A program made the translations under genes and the position numbers. The notes under the pieces are model-generated. The model was not told the origin of the DNA. It searched no databases and was given only the letters and a program-made list of their open reading frames with translations. This document shows, in pieces, positions 18,931 to 28,703 of a stretch of 40,713 bases of DNA; position 1 is the stretch's first letter, and the number at the start of each line of letters is the position of its first letter. The stretch lies in the IMG/VR virus record IMGVR_UViG_2671180360_000017; one strand, written 5' to 3'. The stretch comes from a virus. Its lineage: Duplodnaviria; Heunggongvirae; Uroviricota; Caudoviricetes.

Positions 18931-19581
18931 ATGAGCCTGAGTCCCGCACGGCAGCATCGCCTGCGCGTTCAGGCTGAACAGGCCGCCCGCGAGGGCGGCA
19001 GTGTTCGCCACGCATCGGGCTATGACCTGATGCTGCTGCAACTGGCGGAAGACCGCCGCCGTCTCAAGGGCGTTCAGTCCACGGTCAAAAAAGCGGAAAT
19101 AAAAGTGGAGCTGCTGCCGAAGTACGCCGCCTGGGCGGAGGGTGTCCTGGCTGCCGGAGGCGCTCAACAGGATGACGTGCTGATGTACGTGATGCTGTGG
19201 CGCATTGATGCCGGAGATTATGCCGGGGCGCTGGAGATCGGGCGTCATGCCCTGCGTCATGGCTGGGTGATGCCACTGGGTAACCGCAATGTGCAGACCG
19301 TGCTGGCAGAGGAAATGGCAGACGCCGCGCAGAGCGCAATGCTTGCCGCCACCGGCTTTGATGCCGATCTGTTGTTGCAGACGCTGGAGCTGACAGACGG
19401 TCTGGATATGCCGGACCAGTCACGGGCGCGTCTGCATAAAGCGATTGGCGCTGTCCTGAGTGAAAGCAATCCGGCTTCCGCCCTTAATCATCTCAACCAT
19501 GCGTTACAGCTCGATCCCCGCTGTGGCGTGAAAAAAGACAAACAGCAGCTGGAGCGCAGACTGCGCAATGACAGCCGCTGA
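18931..19581 (+). CDS. M: Terminase small / endonuclease subunit gpM
   Basis: 216 aa; synteny after N. Confidence 0.75.
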   Translation: MSLSPARQHRLRVQAEQAAREGGSVRHASGYDLMLLQLAEDRRRLKGVQSTVKKAEIKVELLPKYAAWAEGVLAAGGAQQDDVLMYVMLWRIDAGDYAGALEIGRHALRHGWVMPLGNRNVQTVLAEEMADAAQSAMLAATGFDADLLLQTLELTDGLDMPDQSRARLHKAIGAVLSESNPASALNHLNHALQLDPRCGVKKDKQQLERRLRNDSR

Positions 19582-19676
19582 CAGAACGTGCCCCCGCGCA
19601 CGGGCGGCACGGGGTGGCGAAAGGCACTGCCACATCAAAACCCCGTCCACCGCCCTCTATTTCAGGAGAAAGCAGC

Positions 19677-20141
19677 ATGAAGTTTGTTGCGCCAGAACAG
19701 GCACCGGAACAGGCGGAAATCATCAGAAATACGCCGTTCTGGCCTGATGTGGACCTGTCGGAGTTTCGCAGTGTCATGCGCACTGACGGCACGGTGACGC
19801 AGCCGCGTTTAAAGCAGGTTGCGCTGTCGGCAATTTCGGAGGTCAACGCAGAGCTGTATGAGTTTCGCAGACGTCAGCAGATGTTGGGGTATGTGTCGCT
19901 GGCTGAGGTTCCGGCGGAACAGCTGGACGGCAAAAGTGAGCGCATTCAGCACTATTTCAACGCGGTTTACTGCTGGGCACGCGCCATGCTCAACGAACGT
20001 TACCAGGACTATGACGCCACGGCATCCGGTGCGAAGCGAGGCGAGGAACTGGCGGAAGCAAGCGGTGATTTATGGCGTGACGCCCGCTGGGCCATCAGCC
20101 GGGTGCAGGATGCGCCGCACTGCACAGTGGAGCTTATCTGA
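19677..20141 (+). CDS. L: Head completion protein gpL
   Basis: Start taken at MKFVAPEQ (154 aa); synteny. Confidence 0.7.
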   Translation: MKFVAPEQAPEQAEIIRNTPFWPDVDLSEFRSVMRTDGTVTQPRLKQVALSAISEVNAELYEFRRRQQMLGYVSLAEVPAEQLDGKSERIQHYFNAVYCWARAMLNERYQDYDATASGAKRGEELAEASGDLWRDARWAISRVQDAPHCTVELI

Positions 20142-20344
20142 TGAAAGTGCGTGCGCATCAGTATGACACGGTGGACGCACTTTGCTGGCGTCATTACGGG
20201 CGCACGCAGGGTGTCACGGAGCAGGTACTGAAGGCAAATCCGGGGCTTGCCGAATACGGCCCCTTTTTACCTCACGGGCTGCAGGTGGAGCTGCCGGACA
20301 TTCCGAGAACCACCACCGTGCAGACCGTCCAGCTATGGGACTGA
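20141..20344 (+). CDS. X: Tail protein gpX
   Basis: 67 aa, same length as P2 X; synteny. Confidence 0.7.
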   Translation: MKVRAHQYDTVDALCWRHYGRTQGVTEQVLKANPGLAEYGPFLPHGLQVELPDIPRTTTVQTVQLWD

Positions 20345-20347
20345 ATT

Positions 20348-20563
20348 ATGACGCTTGAGCGAATCAGCGCCTTTATCACGTATTGCATCGCCGTCGTGCT
20401 GGCCTGGCTGGGCGATTTGTCCATCAAGGATGCCTCAACGCTGGGCGGCCTGATGATCGGTGTGCTGATGCTGGCTATCAACTGGTACTACAAACACAAA
20501 GCCTACCAGCTTCTGCGCGACGGGCAGATCTCGCGGGAGGACTATGAATCCATCAATCGTTAA
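20348..20563 (+). CDS. Y: Holin (gpY-like)
   Basis: 71 aa with two hydrophobic helices and a charged C-terminus, immediately upstream of the endolysin. Confidence 0.65.
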   Translation: MTLERISAFITYCIAVVLAWLGDLSIKDASTLGGLMIGVLMLAINWYYKHKAYQLLRDGQISREDYESINR

Positions 20564-21056
20564 ACGCTGCCTTGTCGGGGCCGTGCTGGCTATTGCTGCC
20601 ACGCTGCCGGGGTTTCAGCAGCTTCACACCTCCGTGGAGGGACTGAAACTGATCGCCGATTACGAAGGCTGTCGTCTGCAGCCGTATCAGTGCAGCGCGG
20701 GTGTCTGGACCGACGGCATTGGTAATACGTCGGGCGTCATTCCCGGCAAAATTATTACGGAACGACAGGCAGCAGAAGGGCTGATCTCCAACGTGCTACG
20801 TGTGGAGCGGGCGCTGGAAAGGTGTGTGAAGCAACAGCCGCCGCAGAAGGTGTATGACGCTACGGTGTCGTTTGCCTTCAACGTGGGGACGGGCAATGCC
20901 TGTAGTTCCACGCTGGTGAAATTGCTCAATCAGCGGCGCTGGGCGGATGCATGCCGACAGTTGCCGCGCTGGGTTTATGTGAAAGGTGTTTTTAATCAGG
21001 GGCTGGATAACCGCCGTGCGCGGGAGATGGCCTGGTGCTTACAGGGAGCAAACTGA
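20544..21056 (+). CDS. K: Endolysin (lysozyme-like) gpK
   Basis: 170 aa with N-terminal signal-anchor-like segment; synteny between holin and lysA/lysB. Confidence 0.7.
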   Translation: MNPSIVKRCLVGAVLAIAATLPGFQQLHTSVEGLKLIADYEGCRLQPYQCSAGVWTDGIGNTSGVIPGKIITERQAAEGLISNVLRVERALERCVKQQPPQKVYDATVSFAFNVGTGNACSSTLVKLLNQRRWADACRQLPRWVYVKGVFNQGLDNRRAREMAWCLQGAN

Positions 21057-21057
21057 A

Positions 21058-21435
21058 ATGAAAAAGAAATTAATCAGCGGGCTGTTTCTGATGTTATGGA
21101 TGGCGCTGTTAATCGAAGCAATTGTGTATCCGCAGGGGATTTTTCCGGTACTGGCAGCGTCCGGCGTCTGGGTAGCCTGTCTGCTGACATGGGCGGTAAT
21201 TCCGGTAGCACTGGCTGCGTTAATTAAGAATGGCCCGCTCTGGCAGGAGTTGAGGGCATCTTTGCTGAAGACAATTACCCGAAAAGAAAACGTATTTATC
21301 AGCTGGGTGATGCGATTGCTGATTGTCGTAAGTCTCGCCTGGACGGGGTGGGCTATTACCATGGTCTTTTATCTACTGACCGTTATTGCCTTCTGGATGA
21401 CCCGTAATCAGATGGCGCAACAGGTAGCAGCATGA
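21058..21435 (+). CDS. lysA: LysA-like membrane protein (lysis timing)
   Basis: 126 aa, multiple hydrophobic helices; position after K. Confidence 0.55.
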   Translation: MKKKLISGLFLMLWMALLIEAIVYPQGIFPVLAASGVWVACLLTWAVIPVALAALIKNGPLWQELRASLLKTITRKENVFISWVMRLLIVVSLAWTGWAITMVFYLLTVIAFWMTRNQMAQQVAA

Positions 21436-21860
21436 ACCGGTTGCTGCTGGTTGTGCTGGCGTTATTACTGGCGGCGCTGGGCTGGCAGACGTGGCGGCTG
21501 GCTGATGCCAGCCAGACCATCAGCACGCAGGCAGACGAGCTGCAGAGCAAAAGCCAGGCACTGGCAAAGATCAACAGCCAGCTTATCAGCTTGTCCATTC
21601 TGACTGAAACCAATAAACGGGAGCAGGCGCGGCTCTATGCCGAAGCAGAACAGACCAGCGCGCTGCTGAGACAACGACAACACCGGATCGAGGAACTGAA
21701 ACGTGAGAACGAGGATTTACGCCGCTGGGCTGATACCCCTTTGCCTGCTGACATTATCCGGCTGCGAAAACGTCCGGCATTCACCGGAGGTGCAGCTTAC
21801 CGTCAGTGGTTGTCCGCGAGTGACGCCGTGTCGGCTGGATCAGGCCGCGCCGCACACTAA
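21432..21860 (+). CDS. lysB: LysB (Rz-like inner-membrane spanin)
   Basis: 142 aa, N-terminal transmembrane helix then coiled-coil-like region; overlaps lysC in another frame. Confidence 0.6.
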   Translation: MNRLLLVVLALLLAALGWQTWRLADASQTISTQADELQSKSQALAKINSQLISLSILTETNKREQARLYAEAEQTSALLRQRQHRIEELKRENEDLRRWADTPLPADIIRLRKRPAFTGGAAYRQWLSASDAVSAGSGRAAH

Positions 21861-21993
21861 CGGTGATCTGAGCGCATTGCTGGATGAAACGGAAGCCGCC
21901 TGGGCGGTCTGTGCAGATAAAGTGGACATGATTATTGCGTGTCAGGAGCGAAACAGTGAACAAACCACAATCCCTGCGCCACGCCCTCAATAA
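21703..21993 (+). CDS. lysC: LysC (Rz1-like outer-membrane lipoprotein spanin)
   Basis: 96 aa with lipobox LTLSGC; begins inside lysB in a different frame, the typical Rz/Rz1 arrangement. Confidence 0.6.
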   Translation: MRTRIYAAGLIPLCLLTLSGCENVRHSPEVQLTVSGCPRVTPCRLDQAAPHTNGDLSALLDETEAAWAVCADKVDMIIACQERNSEQTTIPAPRPQ

Positions 21994-22387
21994 AGCGGTG
22001 CCTTATGTCCGCAATAACCCGGACAAACTGCATCTGTTTGTGGATAACGGTTCGCTGGTTGCTACAGGGGCCAGCTCCATGTCATGGGAGTATCGTTACA
22101 CCCTGAACGTAGTGGTTGAGGATTTCAGCGGCGACCAGAATCTGTTGATGGCCCCGGTTTTGCTGTGGCTGCGGGATAACCAGCCCGATGCCATCAATAA
22201 CCCGGCGTTACGGGAAAAGTTATTCACCTTTGAGGTGGATATTCTGCGCAATGATGTCTGTGATATCAGCCTGAACCTGCAACTGACGGAGCGTGTGCTG
22301 GTCAGCACTGACGGCAGTGTGTCGAGCGTTGAAGCGATAACGGAACCCGATGAACCTGAAGAAATGTGGACGGTGAAACGTGGCTGA
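21956..22387 (+). CDS. R: Tail completion protein gpR
   Basis: N-terminus NKPQSLRHAL resembles P2 R; start uncertain (GTG at 21956 or upstream at 21935). Confidence 0.7.
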   Translation: MNKPQSLRHALNKAVPYVRNNPDKLHLFVDNGSLVATGASSMSWEYRYTLNVVVEDFSGDQNLLMAPVLLWLRDNQPDAINNPALREKLFTFEVDILRNDVCDISLNLQLTERVLVSTDGSVSSVEAITEPDEPEEMWTVKRG

Positions 22388-22823
22388 ATTGCAGAAAGTG
22401 GACGACTGGCTGAGTGCCTTACTGGCGAATCTGGAGCCAGCTGCAAGAAGTCGCATGATGCGCCAACTGGCACAGGAGCTGCGCCGGACACAGCAGCAAA
22501 ACATCAGGATGCAGCGCAATCCAGATGGCAGTAGTTATGAGCCGCGACGGGTAACAGCGCGCAGTAAAAAAGGCCGCATCAAACGTCAGATGTTTGCGAA
22601 GCTGCGCACCACAAAATACCTGAAAACTGCCGCCAGCGCCGATTCTGCCAGTGTGCAGTTTGAAGATAAGGTGCAGCGCATTGCCCGTGTTCACCATTAT
22701 GGACTGCGTGATCGTGTCAGTAAACGTGGGCCGATAGTTCATTATTCCAGACGATGCTTGCTAGGTATTAATGAGCCTATTAAAAAAGAAGTTGAGAGAT
22801 TTTTGATATATTGTATTTCATAA
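22380..22823 (+). CDS. S: Tail completion protein gpS
   Basis: 147 aa (P2 S about 150); synteny after R; C-terminal codons run into AT-rich cargo DNA. Confidence 0.7.
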   Translation: MAELQKVDDWLSALLANLEPAARSRMMRQLAQELRRTQQQNIRMQRNPDGSSYEPRRVTARSKKGRIKRQMFAKLRTTKYLKTAASADSASVQFEDKVQRIARVHHYGLRDRVSKRGPIVHYSRRCLLGINEPIKKEVERFLIYCIS

Positions 22824-22863
22824 CTTGCGTATATTGTTGCCCAGTGGCGATCTGGGCTTTATT

Positions 22864-24732
22864 TTAATTTTCAATGCTTTGCTTTAATTTATCTATTGCG
22901 GGAGTTAAACAATCATTTATGAGCTCATCGATTTGTAATGATAATATATTTGAGTTTATTTGAGTTTTCTTTTCAATTAGCTTTCTAATTAGCTCACGGT
23001 GGAAAAAACGCTCTGCAGAAAGCTCTTTTAGATAAGGGGAGTTGTTGTATCGGTTTTTTATAGCATAGCCAAAGAAATGCATCTCGGTTGAGTCTACCAG
23101 TATTTTTGTTAGTTGTTCAGCATCACCAAAATAAAGAACTGGTTTGTCGTGAAATGAATAAATATCTTTGTTGTTGAAATTTAGATGTGCGTAATATTCA
23201 TGATTTCCGGCCTGTATTAATTTGAATATCTTTTGAGCGTCTTGGCTAAGTTGATATGCAATTAACACATTTTTCTTTTGTTCTATGTAATTAACAAGCT
23301 CCTTGAATTCCCTAGTTTCTTTGCAATGAAAAGTTAATCCTCCCCATCGCTCATCCTTAATGTCTTCATCAAAAATTTCATAACTAGTTTGTATCATTCC
23401 TTTTTCTGCTAAAATATCAACAGCAGAGTGGGCTAAGTTTGTTAAATAGTGTTCGTTGATGGGTTTTATGTGTTCTCTGGATAAATGAAGTAATAATCCG
23501 TAAATATGCTTAAGAACATGCTCGTTCAATATTTCAAAATTAATAAGCGTATGAAGTGTTGAATTGTAATTTTCCTCAAATTCTGTGTATTTTAATCGAT
23601 CATAATTCCAAAGTTGTGTCCATGGCTCAATTGTTTTATTAGAAACACTGACAAATGTTATTAATTCAGATATTATTTTTTCTTGATTGATTTTCTGATT
23701 GTCAATTATATCGATCCAGGTATCCTCGTCTAAGATTAAATTTGACAAATAAGTTGTACCATATTTTTCAATTAAATTGGATGTGTATTTATTATCATCA
23801 TCTATTTTATATGTTAACAAGTCAGAAACGGTTCGTTTTATTTTATTAGATTCAAAATAGAGTATAAAATGTAATTGATATAATCTGAGTGTCAAATCTG
23901 AATTTTGCTGAAACTGTGCTGGTAATATTTTGAATATTCTTTCAAAAAAAGAAATTTGCCTTTCAATTAATCTAATGTTATTACACTCTGAAAGAGTGAG
24001 TAAGCTCTCAATATTTTTTATGTTCAGAATGGTGTTGAGTTCGCTAGTTATATTTTTTAGAAAATATTCGTAGGCGTGAGAATGTTGAGGTTGATATTTG
24101 AAAGTTATACCTATAACTTTTTCTTTTGCATCTAAATAAATACCATCATGATTTTTATTTCTAGCGGGGTTTAATATTTCTCTCTCATTGGCGATAATCA
24201 AAACCTTGCATTCTTTTTCTTCAACGAAATTATTTATATAACCAAATATAGAATTCCAATCTAATTCGCAGCGTTCAAGATCATCAAATATCAATATGGT
24301 GTTTTCTGGTGAGTAGTAAAAGTCTTTAATACTTACGTTGGGTAGTTCTGGGGAGCCCTCTACACTTGTAACGAATGAATCACTTAAATCAATCTTAAGT
24401 GTGCCTTTAATTAGTGCCTTAGTTAGTGTGCCAGCAAGCAACATGCCTTTAGATGAAAGGAAGGGATGCATTTGCTTGAAAATTATTTCGTCAATTTGTT
24501 CGGTGGATTTTATTCCATATAATGAGATCATTAATGGCTTAACTTCCCCTTTTAGTGATTCTTCATTCATTAATTTACGGACAAACCATGTTTTCCCGCT
24601 TCCCCATTCGCCGTCAATCATTACTGCGAAATTAGGGGATTTTTCAAGACCCACTAAATAATTAAGATATGAGGTTAGCTCTTCATTGTAATTCATTGGA
24701 TTGTAAGACCCTTCATACAATTTGAAAATCAC
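22864..24732 (-). CDS. KAP-family P-loop NTPase (622 aa), antisense cargo gene between S and V
   Basis: Walker A GEWGSGKT (KAP-type GxWGxGKT) and Walker B ILIFDDLE; strongly AT-rich; opposite strand to the flanking late genes; alternative start at Met 13 (24696). Confidence 0.75.
   Translation of the reverse strand: MIFKLYEGSYNPMNYNEELTSYLNYLVGLEKSPNFAVMIDGEWGSGKTWFVRKLMNEESLKGEVKPLMISLYGIKSTEQIDEIIFKQMHPFLSSKGMLLAGTLTKALIKGTLKIDLSDSFVTSVEGSPELPNVSIKDFYYSPENTILIFDDLERCELDWNSIFGYINNFVEEKECKVLIIANEREILNPARNKNHDGIYLDAKEKVIGITFKYQPQHSHAYEYFLKNITSELNTILNIKNIESLLTLSECNNIRLIERQISFFERIFKILPAQFQQNSDLTLRLYQLHFILYFESNKIKRTVSDLLTYKIDDDNKYTSNLIEKYGTTYLSNLILDEDTWIDIIDNQKINQEKIISELITFVSVSNKTIEPWTQLWNYDRLKYTEFEENYNSTLHTLINFEILNEHVLKHIYGLLLHLSREHIKPINEHYLTNLAHSAVDILAEKGMIQTSYEIFDEDIKDERWGGLTFHCKETREFKELVNYIEQKKNVLIAYQLSQDAQKIFKLIQAGNHEYYAHLNFNNKDIYSFHDKPVLYFGDAEQLTKILVDSTEMHFFGYAIKNRYNNSPYLKELSAERFFHRELIRKLIEKKTQINSNILSLQIDELINDCLTPAIDKLKQSIEN
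24702..24719. promoter_or_regulatory. Ogr-type late-promoter site (TGT-N12-ACA) for the V operon (P_V)
   Basis: tgtaagacccttcataca about 45 bp upstream of the V start; lies within the first codons of the KAP ORF if its first ATG is used. Confidence 0.45.
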
Positions 24733-24764
24733 TATTTTCTTTTGATTTCATGCAAACTGCAACC

Positions 24765-25343
24765 ATGAACGCACAACTCACAGAAATCATGCGCCTTATC
24801 ACCAACCTGATCCGCACAGGTGTAGTCACCGAAGTGGACCGGGAAAACTGGCTTTGTCGGGTGAAAACGGGCGACCTTGAAACCAACTGGATTAACTGGC
24901 TGACGCTGCGCGCGGGTAATGCCCGCACATGGTGGCGACCATCGGAAGGTGAGCAGGTGGTGCTGCTGAGTCTGGGCGGCAATCTGGAAACCGCCTTTGC
25001 GCTGCCCGCTGTCTATTCGAATCAGTTCGCACCACCGTCGGCGTCGATGGACGCCTGTGTGACAGAACATCCTGACGGTGGCTGGTTTGAATACGAACCC
25101 GCTACCGGGCGCTGGTATGTCAGGGGAATCAAATCCATGGTCATTGAAGCTGCCGACAACATCACCCTGAAAACCAGTGAGTTTGTGCTGGAGGCCGACC
25201 GCACGCGTATTAACAGCGAAATGGTAATCAATGGTGGCGTTATCCAGGGCGGCGGTGCAATGAGTTCTAACGGAATTGTGGTTGATGCACATCAGCATAC
25301 TGGCGTCCTGAAAGGCGGCGACACAACCGGAGGCCCGGTATGA
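24765..25343 (+). CDS. V: Baseplate spike / assembly protein gpV
   Basis: N-terminus aligns with P2 V (LIRTGVVTEVD ... CRVKTG); alternative start at 24750. Confidence 0.8.
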   Translation: MNAQLTEIMRLITNLIRTGVVTEVDRENWLCRVKTGDLETNWINWLTLRAGNARTWWRPSEGEQVVLLSLGGNLETAFALPAVYSNQFAPPSASMDACVTEHPDGGWFEYEPATGRWYVRGIKSMVIEAADNITLKTSEFVLEADRTRINSEMVINGGVIQGGGAMSSNGIVVDAHQHTGVLKGGDTTGGPV

Positions 25344-25699
25344 CGCTTTATAGTGGGATGAACAATACCAGCGGCAAAGCCATTACTGATATTGACCATC
25401 TGCGCCAGTCGGTGCGGGACATTCTGCTGACGCCACAGGGTAGCCGCATTGCCCGTCGTGAATATGGTTCTCTGCTGTCGGCACTGATAGACCAGCCACA
25501 AAATCCGGCATTACGCCTGCAGGTCATGTCGGCAGTGTATGTGGCGCTGAGTCGCTGGGAGCCACGGCTGACGCTGGATTCCATCACCATCAACAGCAAC
25601 TTTGACGGTTCTATGGTGGTGGAGCTGACCGGGCGGCGGAATAACGGTGTGCCTGTGTCCCTTTCCGTATCAACAGGAGCAGAGAATGGCAGTGATTGA
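25340..25699 (+). CDS. W: Baseplate protein gpW (gp25-like)
   Basis: 119 aa (P2 W about 115), overlaps the V stop. Confidence 0.75.
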   Translation: MTLYSGMNNTSGKAITDIDHLRQSVRDILLTPQGSRIARREYGSLLSALIDQPQNPALRLQVMSAVYVALSRWEPRLTLDSITINSNFDGSMVVELTGRRNNGVPVSLSVSTGAENGSD

Positions 25700-26594
25700 C
25701 CTTTCGCAGTTGCCTGCACCGCAGATTGTGGATGTGCCGGACTTTGAGACGCTGCTTGCCGAACGCAAGGCAGAATTTGTGGCGCTTCATCCGAAAGATG
25801 AGCAGGAAGCAGTGATCCGCACGCTGGAACTGGAATCTGAACCCGTCACCAAATTGTTGCAGGAGAATGCTTACCGTGAGTTGCTTCTGCGCCAGCGCAT
25901 TAACGAAGCCGCGCAGGCGGTGATGGTGGCTTACGCGATGGGCGGCGATCTTGACCAGCTCGCTGCCAACTACAACGTGAAACGCCTGACGGTGACGCCT
26001 GCTGATAATGACGCTGTTCCGCCCGTTGCAGCTGTGATGGAAAGCGATGAAGCGTTACGCCTGCGTGTGCCTGCAGCCTTTGAAGGGCTTTCAGTTGCGG
26101 GACCAACTGCAGCTTATGAATTTCATGCCCGAAGCGCCGACGGTCGGGTGGCGGATGCCAGTGCAACCAGTCCGGCACCTGCAGAGGTGGTGCTTACGGT
26201 CCTAAGCCGTGAAGGCGACGGAACAGCAGGAAAAGACTTGCTGGATGTGGTGGAAAAAGCCCTGAACAGTGAGAACGTCCGCCCGGTGGCTGACCGTCTG
26301 ACGGTTCGCAGCGCAGAAATCATCCCGTACCGGGTGGATGCCACCATTTTTCTCTATCCGGGGCCGGAAGCCGAGCCGGTAATGGCAGCGGCAAAAGCCA
26401 GCCTGCAGAAGTACATCGCCAGTCAGACGCGGCTTGGTCGGGATATTCGCCGTAGCGCCATCTTTGCCGCCCTGCATGTTGAGGGTGTTCAACGTGTGGA
26501 ACTGGCTTCGCCGCTGGCGGATGTGGTCCTGAACAAAACGCAGGCGGCATCATGTACACAGTGGAGCGTGGCCAACGGGGGAACGGATGAATAG
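25686..26594 (+). CDS. J: Baseplate protein gpJ
   Basis: Start at MAVIDLSQLP gives 302 aa, same as P2 J; synteny. Confidence 0.8.
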   Translation: MAVIDLSQLPAPQIVDVPDFETLLAERKAEFVALHPKDEQEAVIRTLELESEPVTKLLQENAYRELLLRQRINEAAQAVMVAYAMGGDLDQLAANYNVKRLTVTPADNDAVPPVAAVMESDEALRLRVPAAFEGLSVAGPTAAYEFHARSADGRVADASATSPAPAEVVLTVLSREGDGTAGKDLLDVVEKALNSENVRPVADRLTVRSAEIIPYRVDATIFLYPGPEAEPVMAAAKASLQKYIASQTRLGRDIRRSAIFAALHVEGVQRVELASPLADVVLNKTQAASCTQWSVANGGTDE

Positions 26595-27192
26595 TCTGCT
26601 GCCACCGGGTTCAACGCCACTGGAGCGCCGACTGGCGCAAACCTGCAGCGGGATTTCTGATTTGCAGGTGCCGCTGCGTGATCTGTGGGATCCGGCTACC
26701 TGTCCGGTCAGTTTCCTGCCTTATCTCGCCTGGGCGTTCTCTGTGGATCGATGGGACGAGGGCTGGACGGAAAGCGTCAAACGCCAGGTGGTGAAGGATG
26801 CTTTTTATATATATCAGCATAAAGGAACCACCAGTGCCGTGCGGCGGGTGGTGGAGCCGTTCGGCTTTCTGATCCGCATTATCGAGTGGTGGCAGACCGG
26901 AGAGACACCGGGCACGTTTCGCCTGGACATTGGTGTGCAGGACCAGGGCATCACTGAAGATACCTATCTGGAACTTGAGCGGCTGATAAGCGATGCCAAA
27001 CCATGTAGCCGTCACATGATCGGCATGTCCATCAATCTGCAGACCAGCGGCCCGCATTGGGTGGGGGCAGCCAGTTATCTTGGCGAAGAAATCACGATCT
27101 ATCCGTATATCAACGAAACAATTATTTCTGGCGGCACCGCGCATGAAGGCGGGGCAGTCCACGTTATTGACACAGTGAGAGTGAATCCATGA
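26587..27192 (+). CDS. I: Baseplate protein gpI
   Basis: 201 aa; synteny between J and H. Confidence 0.75.
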   Translation: MNSLLPPGSTPLERRLAQTCSGISDLQVPLRDLWDPATCPVSFLPYLAWAFSVDRWDEGWTESVKRQVVKDAFYIYQHKGTTSAVRRVVEPFGFLIRIIEWWQTGETPGTFRLDIGVQDQGITEDTYLELERLISDAKPCSRHMIGMSINLQTSGPHWVGAASYLGEEITIYPYINETIISGGTAHEGGAVHVIDTVRVNP

Positions 27193-28703
27193 GCACAAAA
27201 TTTTATACCCTGCTGACGGAGATTGGTGCGGCGAAACTTGCCAGCGCCACTGCACTTGGTGTGCCGCTTAAAATTACCCATATGGCGGTGGGGGATGGCG
27301 GTGGAGCATTGCCGACGCCGGACGCAAAGCAGACTGCACTGGTAAATGAGAAACGCCGGGCTGCGCTGAATATGCTCTATATCGACCCGCAGAACAGCAG
27401 TCAGATTATTGCTGAACAGGTGATCCCCGAAAACGAGGGCGGTTGGTGGATCCGTGAAGTGGGCCTGTTTGATGAATCAGGGGCATTGATTGCCGTCGGC
27501 AACTGCCCGGAAAGCTATAAGCCGCAACTGGCTGAAGGCAGCGGGCGCACCCAGACCGTGCGCATGGTGCTGATAACCAGCAGCACGGACAATATCACCC
27601 TGAAAATCGACCCTGCTGTAGTGCTGGCAACCCGCAAGTATGTGGATGACAAGGCACTGGAGCTGAAGGTGTATGTGGATGACCAAATGGCAAAACACCT
27701 TGCCGCAGCGGACCCACATTCACAGTATGCGCCAAAATCCAGCCCGACATTTACTGGAACCCCCAAAGCGCCAACGCCAGCGGAGGGGAATAACACCACG
27801 CAGATTGCGACCACCGCGTTTGTTCAGGCGGCACTGCTGGCCCTTATTAATGGTGCGCCAGCCACACTGGATACGCTGAAAGAAATTGCCGCTGCCATTA
27901 ATAATGACCCGAAATTCAGTACCACCATTAACAATGCGCTGGCACTGAAAGCGCCGCTGTCAAGTCCGGCACTCACCGGAACGCCAACAGCCCCCACTGC
28001 CGCACAGTCGGTTAACAATACACAGATTGCCACCACGGCTTTTGTGAAATCGGCAATTGCGGCAATGGTGGGGTCTGCACCTGCTGCACTGGATACACTG
28101 AACGAACTGGCTGCGGCGCTGGGGAATGACCCGAACTTTGCCACGACAATGCTTAATGCGCTGGCAGGTAAACAACCGCTGGACAATACGCTGACTAATT
28201 TGAGTGGAAAGGATGTAGCTGGTCTTCTCGCATACCTTGGTTTGGGAGAAGGTTCGGTGTTACCCGTTGGTGTGCCTGTTCCGTGGCCTGCAGCCACTCC
28301 GCCAACAGGCTGGCTGAAATGCAATGGTGCGGCTTTTTCTGCTGAAGAATACCCAGAACTGGCAAAGGCTTACCCGACAAATAAATTGCCTGATTTACGT
28401 GGTGAGTTTATGCGTGGCTGGGATGATGGAAGAGGCGTTGATAGTGGCAGGGGGATTCTCACTGCGCAATCTCATGGTATGCCGTCTATTTCAGGAACGT
28501 TTAATGGTCTTTTTGCTGTTAAACAAACAAATGGTTTAGGTGGTGTTTCTGTAGCAAAAAGTACAAATGCTGAAACTTTATCTACTTCATCTGGATCAGG
28601 TTCCGTGTTTGATTACACGTTTAATGTCAGCGGTTCGACTCCGGTATCACCAGAACTTCGTCCGCGTAATATTGCATTTAACTATATCGTGAGGGCCGCA
28701 TAA
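27189..28703 (+). CDS. H: Tail fibre protein gpH (constant N-terminal part plus variable C-terminus Hv1 as currently assembled)
   Basis: 504 aa; the C-terminal 150 aa after the crossover site show the Mu S / P1 S-type motif GWLKCNGAAFSAEEYPELAKAYPTNKLPDLRGEF. Confidence 0.85.
   Translation: MSTKFYTLLTEIGAAKLASATALGVPLKITHMAVGDGGGALPTPDAKQTALVNEKRRAALNMLYIDPQNSSQIIAEQVIPENEGGWWIREVGLFDESGALIAVGNCPESYKPQLAEGSGRTQTVRMVLITSSTDNITLKIDPAVVLATRKYVDDKALELKVYVDDQMAKHLAAADPHSQYAPKSSPTFTGTPKAPTPAEGNNTTQIATTAFVQAALLALINGAPATLDTLKEIAAAINNDPKFSTTINNALALKAPLSSPALTGTPTAPTAAQSVNNTQIATTAFVKSAIAAMVGSAPAALDTLNELAAALGNDPNFATTMLNALAGKQPLDNTLTNLSGKDVAGLLAYLGLGEGSVLPVGVPVPWPAATPPTGWLKCNGAAFSAEEYPELAKAYPTNKLPDLRGEFMRGWDDGRGVDSGRGILTAQSHGMPSISGTFNGLFAVKQTNGLGGVSVAKSTNAETLSTSSGSGSVFDYTFNVSGSTPVSPELRPRNIAFNYIVRAA
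28225..28250 (+). repeat. hix/gix-like 26 bp invertase crossover site A, inside H
   Basis: TTCTCGCATACC TT GGTTTGGGAGAA; imperfect dyad resembling hixL (TTCTTGAAAACCAAGGTTTTTGATAA); inverted-repeat identity starts at its central TT. Confidence 0.6.
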
